A DNA stretch of 64,000 nt from Squalus acanthias (lineage: Eukaryota). Under the pieces are notes generated by a model. It did no database searches. It saw nothing but the letters and a program-made list of their open reading frames with translations, and was not told the origin of the DNA. Shown here one piece after another: positions 47,891-61,448 of this stretch (position 1 is its first letter; each line of letters opens with the position of its first letter). The DNA lies in contig CM059432.1 in NCBI GenBank assembly GCA_030390025.1, forward strand, positions 73,100,001 to 73,164,000. Direction: 5' to 3'. The position numbers and the translations under genes were made by a program.

Positions 47891-49849
47891 ATAACATGTT
47901 AAGTATATGTGCACCCCTTCATTATCAAAATAGCGTTAATTTTACACCAGATATCACAATACTTAGATTATTTCACAATATTCCGTAAAATGGATCCCTC
48001 CAAAATCTCTATTTTCAAGTAGCTTCTTCTAATAAATTTTGTGCAACCAGCTTTTAGATTTATTAACTGCAAAGTTGTTTGGATTGGCCAATAATCATTT
48101 TTATGCTATGATTAACCTGTACTTGTACCATTCATGTTCAAGTCAACCAGTGTAACAGGCAACCATGGTGGCAATATTTTTATCAATGTCTCGTTTCATT
48201 GCTTTGTACAAGATTGCATCACTTACGTAATGAATTATTAGTATTTTAATACTTTTCTGCCAGATGCTTTTAGGAATGCATTGGCTTGCATCCAACAGTT
48301 GGTTTTCACATAAATCGTTACATCCAAAAAATTATGCCCTTTGCTTGCAGCAACAGCTCATGAAAAGCAATCCCACATATGTTGTTACTTAACAATGACG
48401 AGCAGCCCTAAAGCATGTAGCATGATTTGATAATTTATCAGCTGTGATAATTGTCGTGTGCAGCTAGAAGGCATAAGGTGCCTGAAATTCCTCTTTTCAT
48501 GAAAAATGCGAGAGACCTGCTTTTATTGATAATCATGAATTGTTAATAAAAATGTGGAAGAACTAAAACATTCCACACCTCTAGGAAAAATATTATTAGC
48601 TGCAACAAACAAATATCAGGCACTCATGCTGTCACATTTTGTGATTTTTGGTCATTTATTTCTTCATGCAGAAATTTTGGAATGAGATATATTTACATGT
48701 TCTGTTTTGAACAAAAGTAAATTTGCACAGGTTTAAAAAAAAGCTTCAAGCTGGCTGGGGTATTGAAGATGTGTATTAAAGCCAGACGAGACAGTTTATA
48801 GAATGTTGCAATTCACAGTCTATTTCAAACTGATACAATGAAGGTCAAATTGTTTCATTCACGGCCCATTTAGCCAGAATAGCTCCCTTATTCATTTTCA
48901 GAATATCATGGAGATGTTTTTCTTTAAACCTACATCCCAAGAAAGGAGAGAGAGGTAAGGTAGCCGGTTTAATTGAAAGTCCTAGTAGAGAATCACTGAG
49001 CAGGGACAGAGTCAGAGGGACAACTCTCCCACTGGCTGGTTGCATAGAGAAAGGGACAAAGGGCACATGATTGGTGTGTCAGCCAGGTAAATCTTGGGAG
49101 GAAACTTGACCTGGTGAGGGGAAACTCATTCTTTTCAAGCCCAGAGTCAGACAGAACCAGAAAGGCTGACCAGGAAAAGCCTGCTAATAACAGTGCAGAA
49201 TAGTTTGATTATTTTTCATGTTCTCGAGTTGGGTTTGAATCAAGGTGAGATTTGATTACTTATGTCGCTTTGTATATTTATTTGGTGTCTGTAAAATAAA
49301 GCAGCTTAATAATTCATATTTGGCCTTGTCTCACTAGAGTGTTTCAGTTGGCCTGTGGAAAGATTGAAATAGATGATCCCAGCGTCCAGTTCAGCTAACC
49401 GGTGGAAACAGAGCCCACTGGCTTGGAAGACCCTGGAAATTGTGTCTGATTGGATCAGCAGCCCTCCTATAAAGGGAGTTGATCTGCCTGTCTGCCAGCA
49501 TTTGGTGGCGGGGGGGGGAGGGGTTCTCAGTGTGGACATCTGTCAACCCATTTCCCTCTTTGCTGGGCACCCAAGAAGTGCCCATAGTGGCATGGATGCC
49601 TGCCGACAGTATTCAAACTATTTAGTGACCCCACCCTGACCCTGGATACTCTGGCCGGATCAGGGGCAGAGATCACATTTCCACCACTGAGCAAGGCCAA
49701 GGATTTTTGGATCCATTGTTATTATTTAAAAGGTGATAAATATTTGAAATAACCTCACAGGCAAAAACATAAAGAACATTCCCATGTAGTTGGATGGTAG
49801 GCTGGAGGAGAGATTGTATGAGGCAGTGAGCTTTATGGGCCTAACAGCC

Positions 49850-49970
49850 TTTTGGTAGCATTTGACTAAGTGGTAGCACTCTTGCCTCTGAGTCAAAAGG
49901 TTCAAGCTCCATTCGTGAGATGTGAGCACATAATCCAGGCTGACACTTCAGTGCAGTGGTGAGGAGCTAG
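49850..49970 (+). mobile_element. Deu-SINE head fragment
   Basis: GTGGTAGCACTCTTGCCTCTGAGTCA..GGTTCAAG..CCAGGCTGACACTTCAGTGCAG. Confidence 0.65.
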
Positions 49971-52900
49971 CTTTCTTTCTTTCAATTGGAGCCTTGGGAA
50001 GGAGGTTCTAAGCAATGCTCAAAGTGAAATTTCCCATCTATATGTTTATGTACTTGGGACAAGAAAAAGGCCACTAGGCCCATAAATTTATAACTTTAAG
50101 GGAAATATCCTTGATAAGTAAAAGATAATAGGGCTGATTTTTCTGATCTTTGCCCAGAGGGTAGAGGTGGAGCTAGGGCTTTGCCTGCAATGGATACAGA
50201 TCATTTAAAGTCATTTAAATAAGGCAGGAGGGGGCATTTCCAGCCTTCAGCCTCATTTTTCCAGATTAATCGCTTACTGAATGCCCAGAGATACATGGCA
50301 TTGTGGCCAGGTTCCCAGGGGCAGGCTGAAGACTGGAGGTGAGAATTAAAAAAAATATTAAAATGAGACCTCCCCCGCACCCCCCCAACTCCATGATGTT
50401 GAGGTATAATTAGTGTGTTCTAGCTGCTGATCTTGATCTCCGAGGCCTGACACACAGCTGCAAACGTAAGAGGCCTGCAACTGTGTCTCACTTTCCTGCC
50501 CCTTCCATTGGTGTTGGACCCTGCAAGGGGTGTGCCAAGGCCATGTTGAAGGTCCAGGCCAGGAAATAACAATGCTGCTAGGCTGGGCAGGAGCAGTGTA
50601 CTTCGGGTCGGAGTGGGGGCGGTGGGGTGGCGGCAATGGGGGGAGGCAGGAAAAACTGCCGTGATCAATTGATGAATGGAAGTTTATTCACAAGCACAGT
50701 AATGTATTCAAAATATATTACAAGGTTCTTTAAAGAGTAACAGATGCTTGATAGCAACAATCATTCACTGCATTCATGCCCCAGCTTTGTTAAACAAGTT
50801 AAATTGGTCTTTGCACTTTTAAACCCTTAAGGCATATTCTGAATGATCCATCACTGTAGGTGTAATTTAGTATGAACACCAAGCGTCAATGTTACGCTTA
50901 AAACACTTCTCAGTATTAATATGGAACTGACAACAGTCAAAGAAAGTTTACATTTGATAATAAATGCCTTGCATATAGTAACAGCAACAAAACCATAAAT
51001 TTCTGTCCAGAAAGAGTTCCAAAAGTAAAAGAAACAAGTACAGGTACTCTATTCACATCATAGAACGATTTAAAGCCCTTAGGCTACAATATTGAATGAA
51101 ACTGGCTAACATATATGGTACTTACATGCCATAAAATAGTTTTTACTATTACGGTCAATGTACCTTCAGCTGGCAATAGTGCTCAGTGTGAAAGACCAGA
51201 GAGCAACAATTCTTTGTGCTGCTTGACTATGATGCTACAGGGCAGACTTTTCCCCATAGCAATAACTCTTGACCTATCCAATAAAGCCCTCAGTCTTTGG
51301 CTTTAGTCATGGTGACAGCCAATGAATTCTTCTCTAACCTTTGGTCAAACAGTAGGTTTATTCATTAATCTTTTGGTTTTCTGATCATCACCATTTCTAC
51401 ACCCAAATTGTGATTCTATTTTGTACAAAAAGTTTGAAGATGCTATTTCTTTAAATTGTTTCCTGCGTCAGTTAACATTATTCTGCTCTGCTGTATATTC
51501 TTTTATCTTTATCACACTTACCATGGATTTCTAAAATAACAAGCTATTCCCCCAGCCACTTCTACATACATTGGCCTATCTTGTACTATAATAGAATTAG
51601 TATCTTTATTCAAGGCAAAAGCATTTTAGCTTACCACATTTAGACATAATCTAATATACAAATGGGCACTGTGCAATATGAGAATACAAACACATTACTG
51701 CATAGTGCTCAATTCCTCTGTTATTTTAACAAGGCATTAAGTCAATTAAAATAAACAGGTTCACAACACCTTTGTTAATAAAGGAATTTCATACAAATGC
51801 ACTAAGGCATTTGTATGCGAATACCCACATGGCAATGTCACCACAAAACTTTCCTAAACCTACTTGCTGAAGTATGACCAACCCTGAGGTGAAGTTTATG
51901 GGTGCCATTATACTATAGATGCTGGTCTTAGACTGCATTTGGCAGACCCAAGTTATGTTGCCGGCTGCGCTCCAAACCCAGCTGAACAACAAAGGAGCTG
52001 TGTGTGTGTTGAGCTCCACTCTCCGGCCGACTAATTTTCAATGTTATAATAGAATGGGCAACAGCAATCACTTTTTTCTATTTAAAGGATACCATACCAA
52101 ATTTTTTTAAAAGGTTCTAACTGCATCTGAGCATTTTTAAGAAAACGTGGCTTTATACAGGACTGGAATTAAATTACACATGCTACAAAGCCCAGGCAAT
52201 GTGATACCATGTGTTAGAGGTGGTCTCACTTCTTGGTCTGAGAGTGCTTGAGAGTCAGATTGCCTCATGACTCCCTAGTTATGCCACAACTCTTGCAACA
52301 ATATGCATCCAAAATCACTTTACATTGACACGAAAGCAGTAGTATAATAGACATGTAAAACTATTCTGCTGAATATATTAGCATGTGAATAGCCCGGATA
52401 TGTCAGCTAAGTTTCTAAATTCTACTCACCTGTTTTTCAACATTTCTATAACCTTTTCTTTCTGGCTTTGTTTTTCCTTTTTAAACAATACATCAGCTAT
52501 TCCTTGTTTTTCTTTCCATTTAATTAATTAATATTTCATATCCACTTATTTTACAAGTAACTTAATATAATAGATTCAGCGAGCAAACAAGATTTGTTAA
52601 AAAATGTATTTTAAATGGGCAATTCCTTCTTATGCAGTATGTAGGGCAAAGTTGATAGAATGATAATGCATAAATATTGACTGCAGTAGCAGGTTAAAGG
52701 GCTAGAATACTGAGAGTTGCTTAAATGGGTGTGTATAAGCCTGAAACCTGGGGTTGAGGGTACTGTTGCACACTCATGAGGTCACTTCCCTAAAATGAGG
52801 GACAGCAATAATTTATCAGCCACAGCCTGAAAATTGCTGCTTTATTATACCTTGAACTGAGCCATGTTTAATAATAAAAAATGTGTTCACCTGTTGTGAG

Positions 52901-54621
52901 TGGATCACTGTCAATGCTTTGGACAGCAAATAGCAGTTAGGAGTTAGAAACAAATTTCACTTATGACTGATCTTCAGTCATGTTTTATGTTTTGACTCAA
53001 GGATATTATAATTTATTCATATTTCTGATTCATATTTTATCTGAAAAATCATATTACAAAATTTTATATAAGAGGGTGAGAATTTTCCAGCCTTTTTTTA
53101 CCCAATTAAAATAAATTGGTTTAACCATTATTTATGTACAGGTGTTCAGTGTTAGATTTGCATCTCATGATAAAACTAGTCACAATTAAAATTCTCATAA
53201 CATGCATATGTGAGCACATTATTCATAAACAAAATAGATTTGCCTTTTAAGATCATGCCAACAAAGTAGCTACTTGATTGCTCAGAAAAAAACACACTGC
53301 TAATTGCAATGTTGAATGTTTGCATCTAAAAATCATCCAAATATGACATTTGTTCAAGCTACATCTCATTAATCTAAAGCACAGTTTAAATGCTTTGTTT
53401 GCAAATTATAATTATTTTGATTACACCAGTTACTGATAGTAATGCTTATTTGCAATGCATCCTTTTGAATTTGTTTAATTACATCTTGAAACATGGCGGA
53501 GAAGATTAATTAACCCACCTGGCTTCCTGGCATGAAGTCCTGGCTTGGATCTGTCATACTCATGTACATGTTTTCACCATCAAACTGTGAATAGAATAAT
53601 ACATATTCAGAATGCATCCAAACTTAAAGTCTAGCCATAAAATATATTACAACCAAATATAGATTTTGTTGAAAAGGTTTGTTTTTGGTTTCACACTGCT
53701 TGTCTTTGATGTGCTTGTTCCTATCCTTATTGACCCTGGATGTCAGTGATTTGAGGTAATTAGTGCAGTAGTAATTACATCAGGCAGGCAAGAAATGAAT
53801 GGTTTCCTTTCATCAGCAATCTGTTATGAAACAAAATGGCTCATTCTCTGCAGCATGCATACACATATTGCTATTAGTCTTAATGAATTGCTAAATGAAT
53901 CGCACTGTTTCTGGCAGGATACGAGAATGATGAAGCGTATCTAAAGTGCACCCTGATTCGGCTCCAGATCTCAAAGTTGCAAATTGGCTGTAGGAAGTGC
54001 ATACACATTTAAAATGAGAAATGGTCTAATCTTCCAAAGTGAGCTTCATGGGCTTCAGATATGCAATATTCCAAAGTCTTAGTTTAAAGGTATTAGCAGT
54101 AAAGATGCTGTTGGAATCATATAGTTACAACATGGAGTCCAGGTTCTTACATTGTTTGAGCCAGTTTCCATGTAAAGTACTGTACATGCTCTATATATTC
54201 TTTGATTGATGAAACATGGATGATGCTGGTTAAATACTATTTAGATGTGTATGATACTCTAATAAGGATTATGTTTTATTATATTTTAAATTGATGACAT
54301 GATTGTTGACTGACCTATATAACTATCTATTGTAATTAAAATTAATTGGCTTTGCTCCTTTATGTAGTAAGATTTATTTTATATTTTATGTTAATAAGCA
54401 ATACCATTCTTATTTCTTGAAACAGACACTTCAATAACTTAGGAATTCCTTAGATAAAACCAAAGTGTTGTAAAAGTTCACGGGTCTCAGTTCAATACAA
54501 AGGCTAGCGTCCTCAGTTCACCAGTATAAAAATTCTGATGTTATAATGTACTTCATCAGTGAAGACCACATTTAACTGTTCTATATACAGTAGAGCAAAT
54601 AAATAACATTATAAAGACATT

Positions 54622-54724
54622 GGGGTAAGTGTAATGGAAATAAAAATCGGGACAGATATAAAACGGGTTGCCGATTCGCTATCACCTGTTTTACACTATC
54701 ACACAAAATCAAAATCTACCCCTG
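54622..54724. mobile_element. Half of a palindromic MITE related to 62351-62536
   Basis: Ends in CAAAATCTACCCC; similar to the right arm of 62351-62536. Confidence 0.5.
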
Positions 54725-57700
54725 TGGGTGTATAGATGCGAGTTAAGTTTTAAATCTGAGAAATATTTTGACATTTGAAGAGTGTAGATTGGTATGTAAT
54801 CTTGTTTTTTCATTTATATAGGTGGGAGAGAGCAGTTACACAAATTAATCTAAACAAAAAGATTATATTGTACTATTGTGTGAAAAAGTACAGGAAGATT
54901 GGGGATACTAAAAACTCCAATTGCAAACCAAAAAAATCTCAGCACAAGAAATTAATGTTTCCAAGGAGCTGCAGTATAGGCTAACAATTATAATAAAATA
55001 ATGAACTACTGTCCCCAAATCTAATAATATAAAACAATTCTAAATCAAAAACGATGAACAAGTGCAAAGAAAAACATTTATCTTTAAGACTTCTTTCCGA
55101 TATATCTGAAGGACTGTGACAACCAACAGAAGTCAATATTACCCAAAGAAAACATTTAATGTTCCTTTGGTTTGTAATCTATGGGAACCACAAGATGTGC
55201 AAAATCAATAATCAGTCAAATGTAAACATTACCACTGAATACCCTTTAATCCAGCAAAAGCCAACTGCATGATGGAGGGGCTGGAATAATTCTTAAAACT
55301 ACATGTGTTTGGCAGTTGTGGCTGTGCTTTGCAATGATAAAATGAACACTGAGCAACAACCTAAGACTATCTCTATCACACACCATCAGTAGACCACAGC
55401 ATTGCTGACAAATTACACTCCGTTTGAAGCTTGCTAAGTTTTTTTTAAAGCTTGTGTTTACAACAGCAAAACCCCACAAGTTCCTGACCTCTGGGAAAGC
55501 TTCCAAGCAGAAGAGTTTTAAGAGCTAGGATCCCATTGATTATTCAACATTATTTTGTTTTGACAGCAAGTTAATCCCATTATTCCATTATGAATTATCT
55601 GGACAGCCTTTCAATGTTAGAATTTATCTTTTAATTAATCATTAAGGGACTTTAGAATTATTTAATAAAATACTAGAGCAAATCTGCATACAACTCTTTC
55701 TGGCACACCACTCTAACAAAATAATTACAGATTGGCCTTTCTCTAAGCAGTTTTGATTCATACATGAAACAGTGCTTGTTTTATCTTTGATTAAAAGTTT
55801 CCTTGTCTACATTCTAATGTGGAATCTTATGCATTCCTAAAATACTTTTTGTTCTTATTTAAAAATACAAACTAGTTTTATTGTAATGCACCTTCAGTTT
55901 AAGATGCCCTAAGTGATGCAGTAATCCAAAATCAAGGAGGGTTATATGTAATCAGTTGTAGTTAGCCTATCATATACAAATACCGTAATGCTTTCCATGA
56001 TGCCACAGCATTCCAGCAAGCTCCCAGTTATTTTTAAAGTGTCAGAAATATGTTGTCTTTATTAGATCTGACTTTAGTGATGTAATTAAGCCTTTAAACC
56101 CCATCTGTAACATCTGAAGCATCACACTTACACCGTTTCTTTTTCAGAAGGGCAGTGGCAATTGTTTAATAACAATTTAAGAATATTAACAGGTAGGATT
56201 ACTAAAAAAGCAATCCTTTATTTGAAAAGTTAGTGTATTTATTAGGTCCCCATGTCCCAAATCTGCTAATCATCTTGAACTGGGTACTTGGAAGTGCACA
56301 AGAATCACTTGGATTAATTCACCCTCTTTCTCTCTCTTCATTTGGAGAAACGCCTATGCATGCACAGAGTCTTTCCTAGGTCAAGAACATATTAGTATTT
56401 TTTGCCATTTCCCACCTGTTTAGTAGCAGTATTGGGATGGGCGAGGGTGGAAAATTGGGGAGGAACCCATTGCGGCAGATCGCCATTTATTTCTGCACCC
56501 GACATATTTTCTGCTGGAGGTGATGGTGGACACTGGAAACACATGCCCAAATATGAGAGGAACATTCAAATGAGGTGATAATGACAGATTTTATATCAAT
56601 GTCGCCTTAGCAACACTGGATGTTACAAATACCAGGGCAAAACTAGTGTCCAGTGTTGCTTGGTGATGTATAATGCATCAAAAACTTTAAAGGGCCAAAG
56701 CAGTGAGTTGAATTAATGAAGACTTGCAGATCAGAAGATATTGGCCAGTTTCTCCAAGCCAGCAATTTTTTTTATTCCCATGAGGCTGCTTGCCCTTTTG
56801 GTCTGTGGCAGGCATCCGACTCCTGCAGCAGTAACTATTTCCTGTGCCCCCTCACCCCCGCCACCGCCCCCAGCGACAAGCTCCTAAGCATAGGCAGATA
56901 CACTGCCGGAAGCCCACCAAAAATAGTTCAAATAACCGGATGTAGGACAATTCACTGGGGTCAGCACCGAATTAGTCAGGTGGACAGAAGTCCAGCTCTG
57001 CCACGCTTCGGCTGGGTTGTATGCTCAAAAAATAAAAAATGAATGACTTCCAGTCTTTAAGATAATCCAGCTGTTTTTTTTTTTAAAAACTCTCTAATTC
57101 ACCAAAACATGTTCTAGATGCACAACCAATTCAGAGGTTGCTTGTTGCTGAATAAAGTGTTTAATTTTACAAGTGTCTCTAAAATCTCATTACTGCATTT
57201 CCTTTGCAGCTACCTAAAATATATGTCTACTGTGTAAAATCTATAAAAAATGACACTGTATACATGTAGTATATTTAGAGTTAGGAAAATGTATAGAATT
57301 AGTGAAAATTTGTATCAGTAACATACTTTAAACTAAAACCAGTAACTTTTAACAATTTTTATGCCAAAATACCATCTTAGTTCTCTATTGGATTTAAGTT
57401 TACTATGATATTTATAGAATGAGCTAAACTGAATCACCAAGTGCTATATCTGCAATTTCAGCTATTGCTTTCACTAACTGATGTATTCAATATGGAAGAA
57501 AACAACTTGTGACTATCAAAAGGGAAACCCACCAAAAAAAACTTAAAATAGTTGAAATCAGCAAAGCACTTTTCCATTTCATGAGATGTTCCGGCATAGG
57601 CTGGACCTGCATTGCTATTAGCAAGGTGCTAAAAAACTCAGAATTCAAAAAATTACTTTTAGAAAGAAGTAATTAAAAGGAGTGGTGATAAAATATGTCC

Positions 57701-58319
57701 AGTAAGAAAAATAAAGTCCTCCGGTAGAGGGGAATATCTGTCTCAATCGGTTGCCTCTTCTTTTCGACATATTTGTATCTGGCTGAGCTACATGAAAGAG
57801 TTGAGGCACTGAGGCCCCACACTATTGGGTCAGAGGGATGAAACCTACCCCATGCTCAATGGGCATCGCACACGTCAATGAGTCCTGAAAGCATTGGAGT
57901 CTACACACTGTGCACAAGTCTCATCGAGGGCTGGATTCAAATGATATTGAGGCAAAGTCCCCATAATATGACTCCCAAGCCTGAAGAGCATCCAATATAA
58001 AATGCGTGCTGCAAAGAAGATCTATTCCCTTCAGTTGTATCTCTTAGCAACTCACACTTTCTGAATTATACTGGTTTTGATGGACAGAAGAAGTTGGAGC
58101 CTTCCAGACAGCTTCTTAAAGCTGTACTACTTCTCTTATCAGTGCCTGTTTGTACAGGCAAAGCTATTAATCTGCTGATTTGCATGAAGCCATGATTATC
58201 CCCATGGGTATACCTCTCTATTTGTGGGTTTTGGAGGATTAGAGGACACATGCCAGGCAGCTGCATTTCAACTTTAGATGCTCCATTAGAACCCATCCTT
58301 ATGCCATCACTTATGTGTA

Positions 58320-59130
58320 CAAGGCTAGGCTCTTCTATCTGAACCTGTTGAAGACACCAGTATGTGCAGGCTAAGACTTCTGAAGGACCCCATAATAGAA
58401 CTGTGCACATGCCTGCAGCCAGAATTGCAATACAGTTCCAAGACAGGAATGGCTCTGTCAATGGCTTTAAAGGTTACAGCAGCATTGAATTTTATGCAGC
58501 AGGCTCCTACCAAGTAACCATAGGAGATCTCCGTCACATTTCACAACCTTCAGTACAAATTTGCATTATGCAGGTCAAGGACGCATTAGTTGCCAGGACC
58601 AGTAATTTCATTCATTCTCCATTGGAAAGCAGCCAGCAACTGGAAAGAGGCCACCACTTCTACCATATGGCAGGATCCCACAGGACTTAATTGACAGCAC
58701 TAGTGGCCAGACATGCTCCCACCCCCAAGGCTACTCCATTTATAAATTGAAAGCACTAACAGTCTATGATTGACCAGCTGGTCTGCGACCATAGGAACAG
58801 ACTTATGTACACTAATGCCCGTTACCCTGGCAGGTCCCAAGATGCCTTCATTTTATGGCAGTCAATGGTGCCAGAATTATTTAAAGGACCAAGAAGACTA
58901 TAAAGATGGTTATTGGGCAACCAAGGATATTCACAGCAGCTGTGGATCATAACACACTGTGCCATCCCAAGGAAAAGACCTGAGGAGACATACAATGTGA
59001 TACATACTTCTGTCAGAGTCACAGTGAAGCATACTTCCAGCATCCTCAAGTAGCAATTCCAAAGCTTGGACAGATCAGATGGAGAGCTCCAATCCATCCC
59101 TGCCAAGGTCTTCTAGATTATTGTATCCTG
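58320..59130 (+). pseudogene. Decayed Harbinger transposase
   Basis: FYAAGSYQVTIGDLRHISQPSV, QLVCDHRNRLMYTNARYPGRSQDAFI and GWLLGNQGY. Confidence 0.8.
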
Positions 59131-59139
59131 CCCAACTAG

Positions 59140-60280
59140 TGTGTCAGCCTTGGCTCAATGGCAACAACAATGCCTCTAATTCAGAAGGTTACGAGTTCAA
59201 ACCCTGCTCTAGAGACTTGAGCACATAATGTAGGCTGACACTTCAGTGCAGTACTGAAGGAGTGCTACACTGCTGGAGGTGCGGTATTTCAAATAAAATG
59301 TTAAACCGAGGCCACGTGTACCTGTTCATGAGGATGTAAAAGATCAGGGGGGAAAAATTCGGTTGCATTGCGCCTCTCATTAGCGCCTAAGTTAAGCCTA
59401 AGAGGGCGCTAACGGGGCGCAAAGCAACTAGCGCCCGGCGCCGCCAACAAAATTCAGCGGGAGGTTAGTGGCGGCGGTAACCGTTAGCGTCTCATGGCGC
59501 TGCGCCGCCGGTGATGACGTCATCGCCGTGCGCAGCGCCCTGGCCACGATCTTCGGTAGCGCCCCCTGACTTACAGCCGGACGCTATGTCCGACGGGGTC
59601 AGGGGGGGTTACCTGTGGCCAGGGTGGCACTAATTAAAGGCAAGGTGCCGGGTGGCCATTTTTGTTGCTGGCCACCTGCCAGCGCCTGCCCCCGTTGCCG
59701 TCTCCGGCCTCCTGATCAGCACCCCCGCGGAGTGCCGGCTGCGCTCCCTGAGCCCGGCACTTCACTCTGATCCCTGGTGGCCCAGTTGGGCCCCGGGTCG
59801 CACTGTGCAAGGCCCTCCCCTTTAAGAAGGGGAGGAAAGCCTGCAGTACCGCAGCGCGACGTGCCGCAGTGCCGCGATATTCCCTCGCAGCACCCCAAGA
59901 GGGAGGCGGGGTGCTTCCAGTAGTGCCCCGCTTCCCTCTTGGGGCGCTACCTATGAATTTCGGCCGCGGGGATGCTAATTTTTTGGGGGCTCTAAAAGTA
60001 GCGCCCCGGTGAAGTTAGCGCCCCAAAGGGGGCACGACTAAATTTTTCGCCCATGGGGTATTCTCCTGGTGTTTTGACCAATATTTATCCCTCTGCCAAT
60101 ATCATAGATCAGTTATTTAGTTGCTATTTGTGGCACCTTGCTGTGCACAAATTGCCTGCTGCATTTGCCGGCATTACAACAGTAACCACACTTCAGAAAT
60201 AATTAATTGGCTGCAAAGCACTTTGAGACATCCTGATGACATGAAAGATGCCATATAAATGCAAGTTATTTCTTTCTTTA
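59140..60280 (+). mobile_element. Deu-domain SINE split by a MITE
   Basis: Head at 59140-59346 and tail at 60053-60280 are colinear with 10646-11115. Confidence 0.8.
59347..60052. mobile_element. CpG-rich Harbinger-type MITE
   Basis: GGGGGGAAAAATT ... AATTTTTCGCCC; many AGCGCC motifs. Confidence 0.8.
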
Positions 60281-60944
60281 TAATTCAAAATCACAACAGT
60301 CATCGTCAAATGTTCCCAGACTTTGCCAAATAAAACCTTCCTACAATCTTCTTCCGAATGGCTTCCTTCTGTGCCGTAAATTTATATGATTCTATGACAT
60401 CTAACTCACAATTCATTATTTGTCTCCAGCAACCTTCATTGCCTCATACTAAAAGAATTGACAGGAAAGATTTGAGGTCCAGTCAGCCCAACTTTTATTA
60501 AACCTTAAAGTGTAAGGCATAGGTGTGTTTTTTTACGTTTTACCCTGTGCTTCCCTTTTGTGAAAAGCTATGGTGCATCTTCTACCTCCTAACCATGTGC
60601 TCTTTCGAAGTGTTCCTCCAGTGCGAGTGAGGTTGATTCCTGGGTGTCAGTATGTGCCTCTGGGGATGGAGGTGGCCCAGTACTTCCTTGTGCTGACTCA
60701 AAAGATGGCTCTGTAACTGCATTAAGGAACCTGGGGCTGCTGTGGTACTTGGTGCATGCAAAATGTAATAAGTGACACACTCAGCATTTTGATATGACAG
60801 CATTACATAATGCCATGGAAAAACATGAGCATGCCTGTGCATTTATAAAGATGCACTGCATTTCTCCTCTGTAATGGTGCACTGTGTAAAGTAAAAATGC
60901 TTCGTAAGACAACCAATTAAGATGTTGCCACATGTTTGCACACT

Positions 60945-61140
60945 TACCTTGGCAACCCAACAAACTTCTTCCTCATCTGCTCCCGGGTTTGGAATACAGG
61001 TGAGGCTGTATTTCTGTGCTCTATCAGCTCCATCCATGTAGCTCTGGTGAAACACTTCACTGTAGGGTGGCTCTCCCCTCTAAATAGTGCAAACCTTTTC
61101 TGCAACAACACCTCCAATAGCTGATCATTAAGTGGGTCTG
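60945..61140 (-). pseudogene. Decayed Harbinger Myb/SANT exon, likely partner of the 58320 transposase
   Basis: LNDQLLEVLLQKRFALF...W.EL...EQMRKKFVGLP followed by GTAAGT. Confidence 0.6.
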
Positions 61141-61448
61141 TTCTGCCCCCAACCATTTGGAGAAGCAGGTTTAAAGGCAGCCAGCTGTCCTTTAAGAGTT
61201 GCTGGCACAAGAAATCCTACCACTCAAACCTCTGAAAGCATCATGTGCTAAATGCTGGGAGCACTGAAACTACATTACAAACAGTTTAAGTATTCTCAAC
61301 ACAACTCAGGATTTGAACTATTCTTCTGCTTTTTCCATAGATCCTCATTCAACTTACTCTGAAACAAACTTATCAACAGCTGCCATCAATGATGTTCTGT
61401 GACCAGTCAACAGGTTGCTACACAATTGGCACTTCTGCAGAACACTCT

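Noticed and set aside
52430..52520. Minus-strand exon WKEKQGIADVLFKKEKQSQKEKVIEMLKN with a GTGAGT donor
   Set aside because: In-frame stop 4 codons upstream and no pyrimidine-rich acceptor; Lys/Glu content follows from the A-rich composition
56148..56192. Plus-strand 45-nt exon GQWQLFNNNLRILT
   Set aside because: Good acceptor but weak donor (GTAGGA); peptide not recognised; plausible by chance
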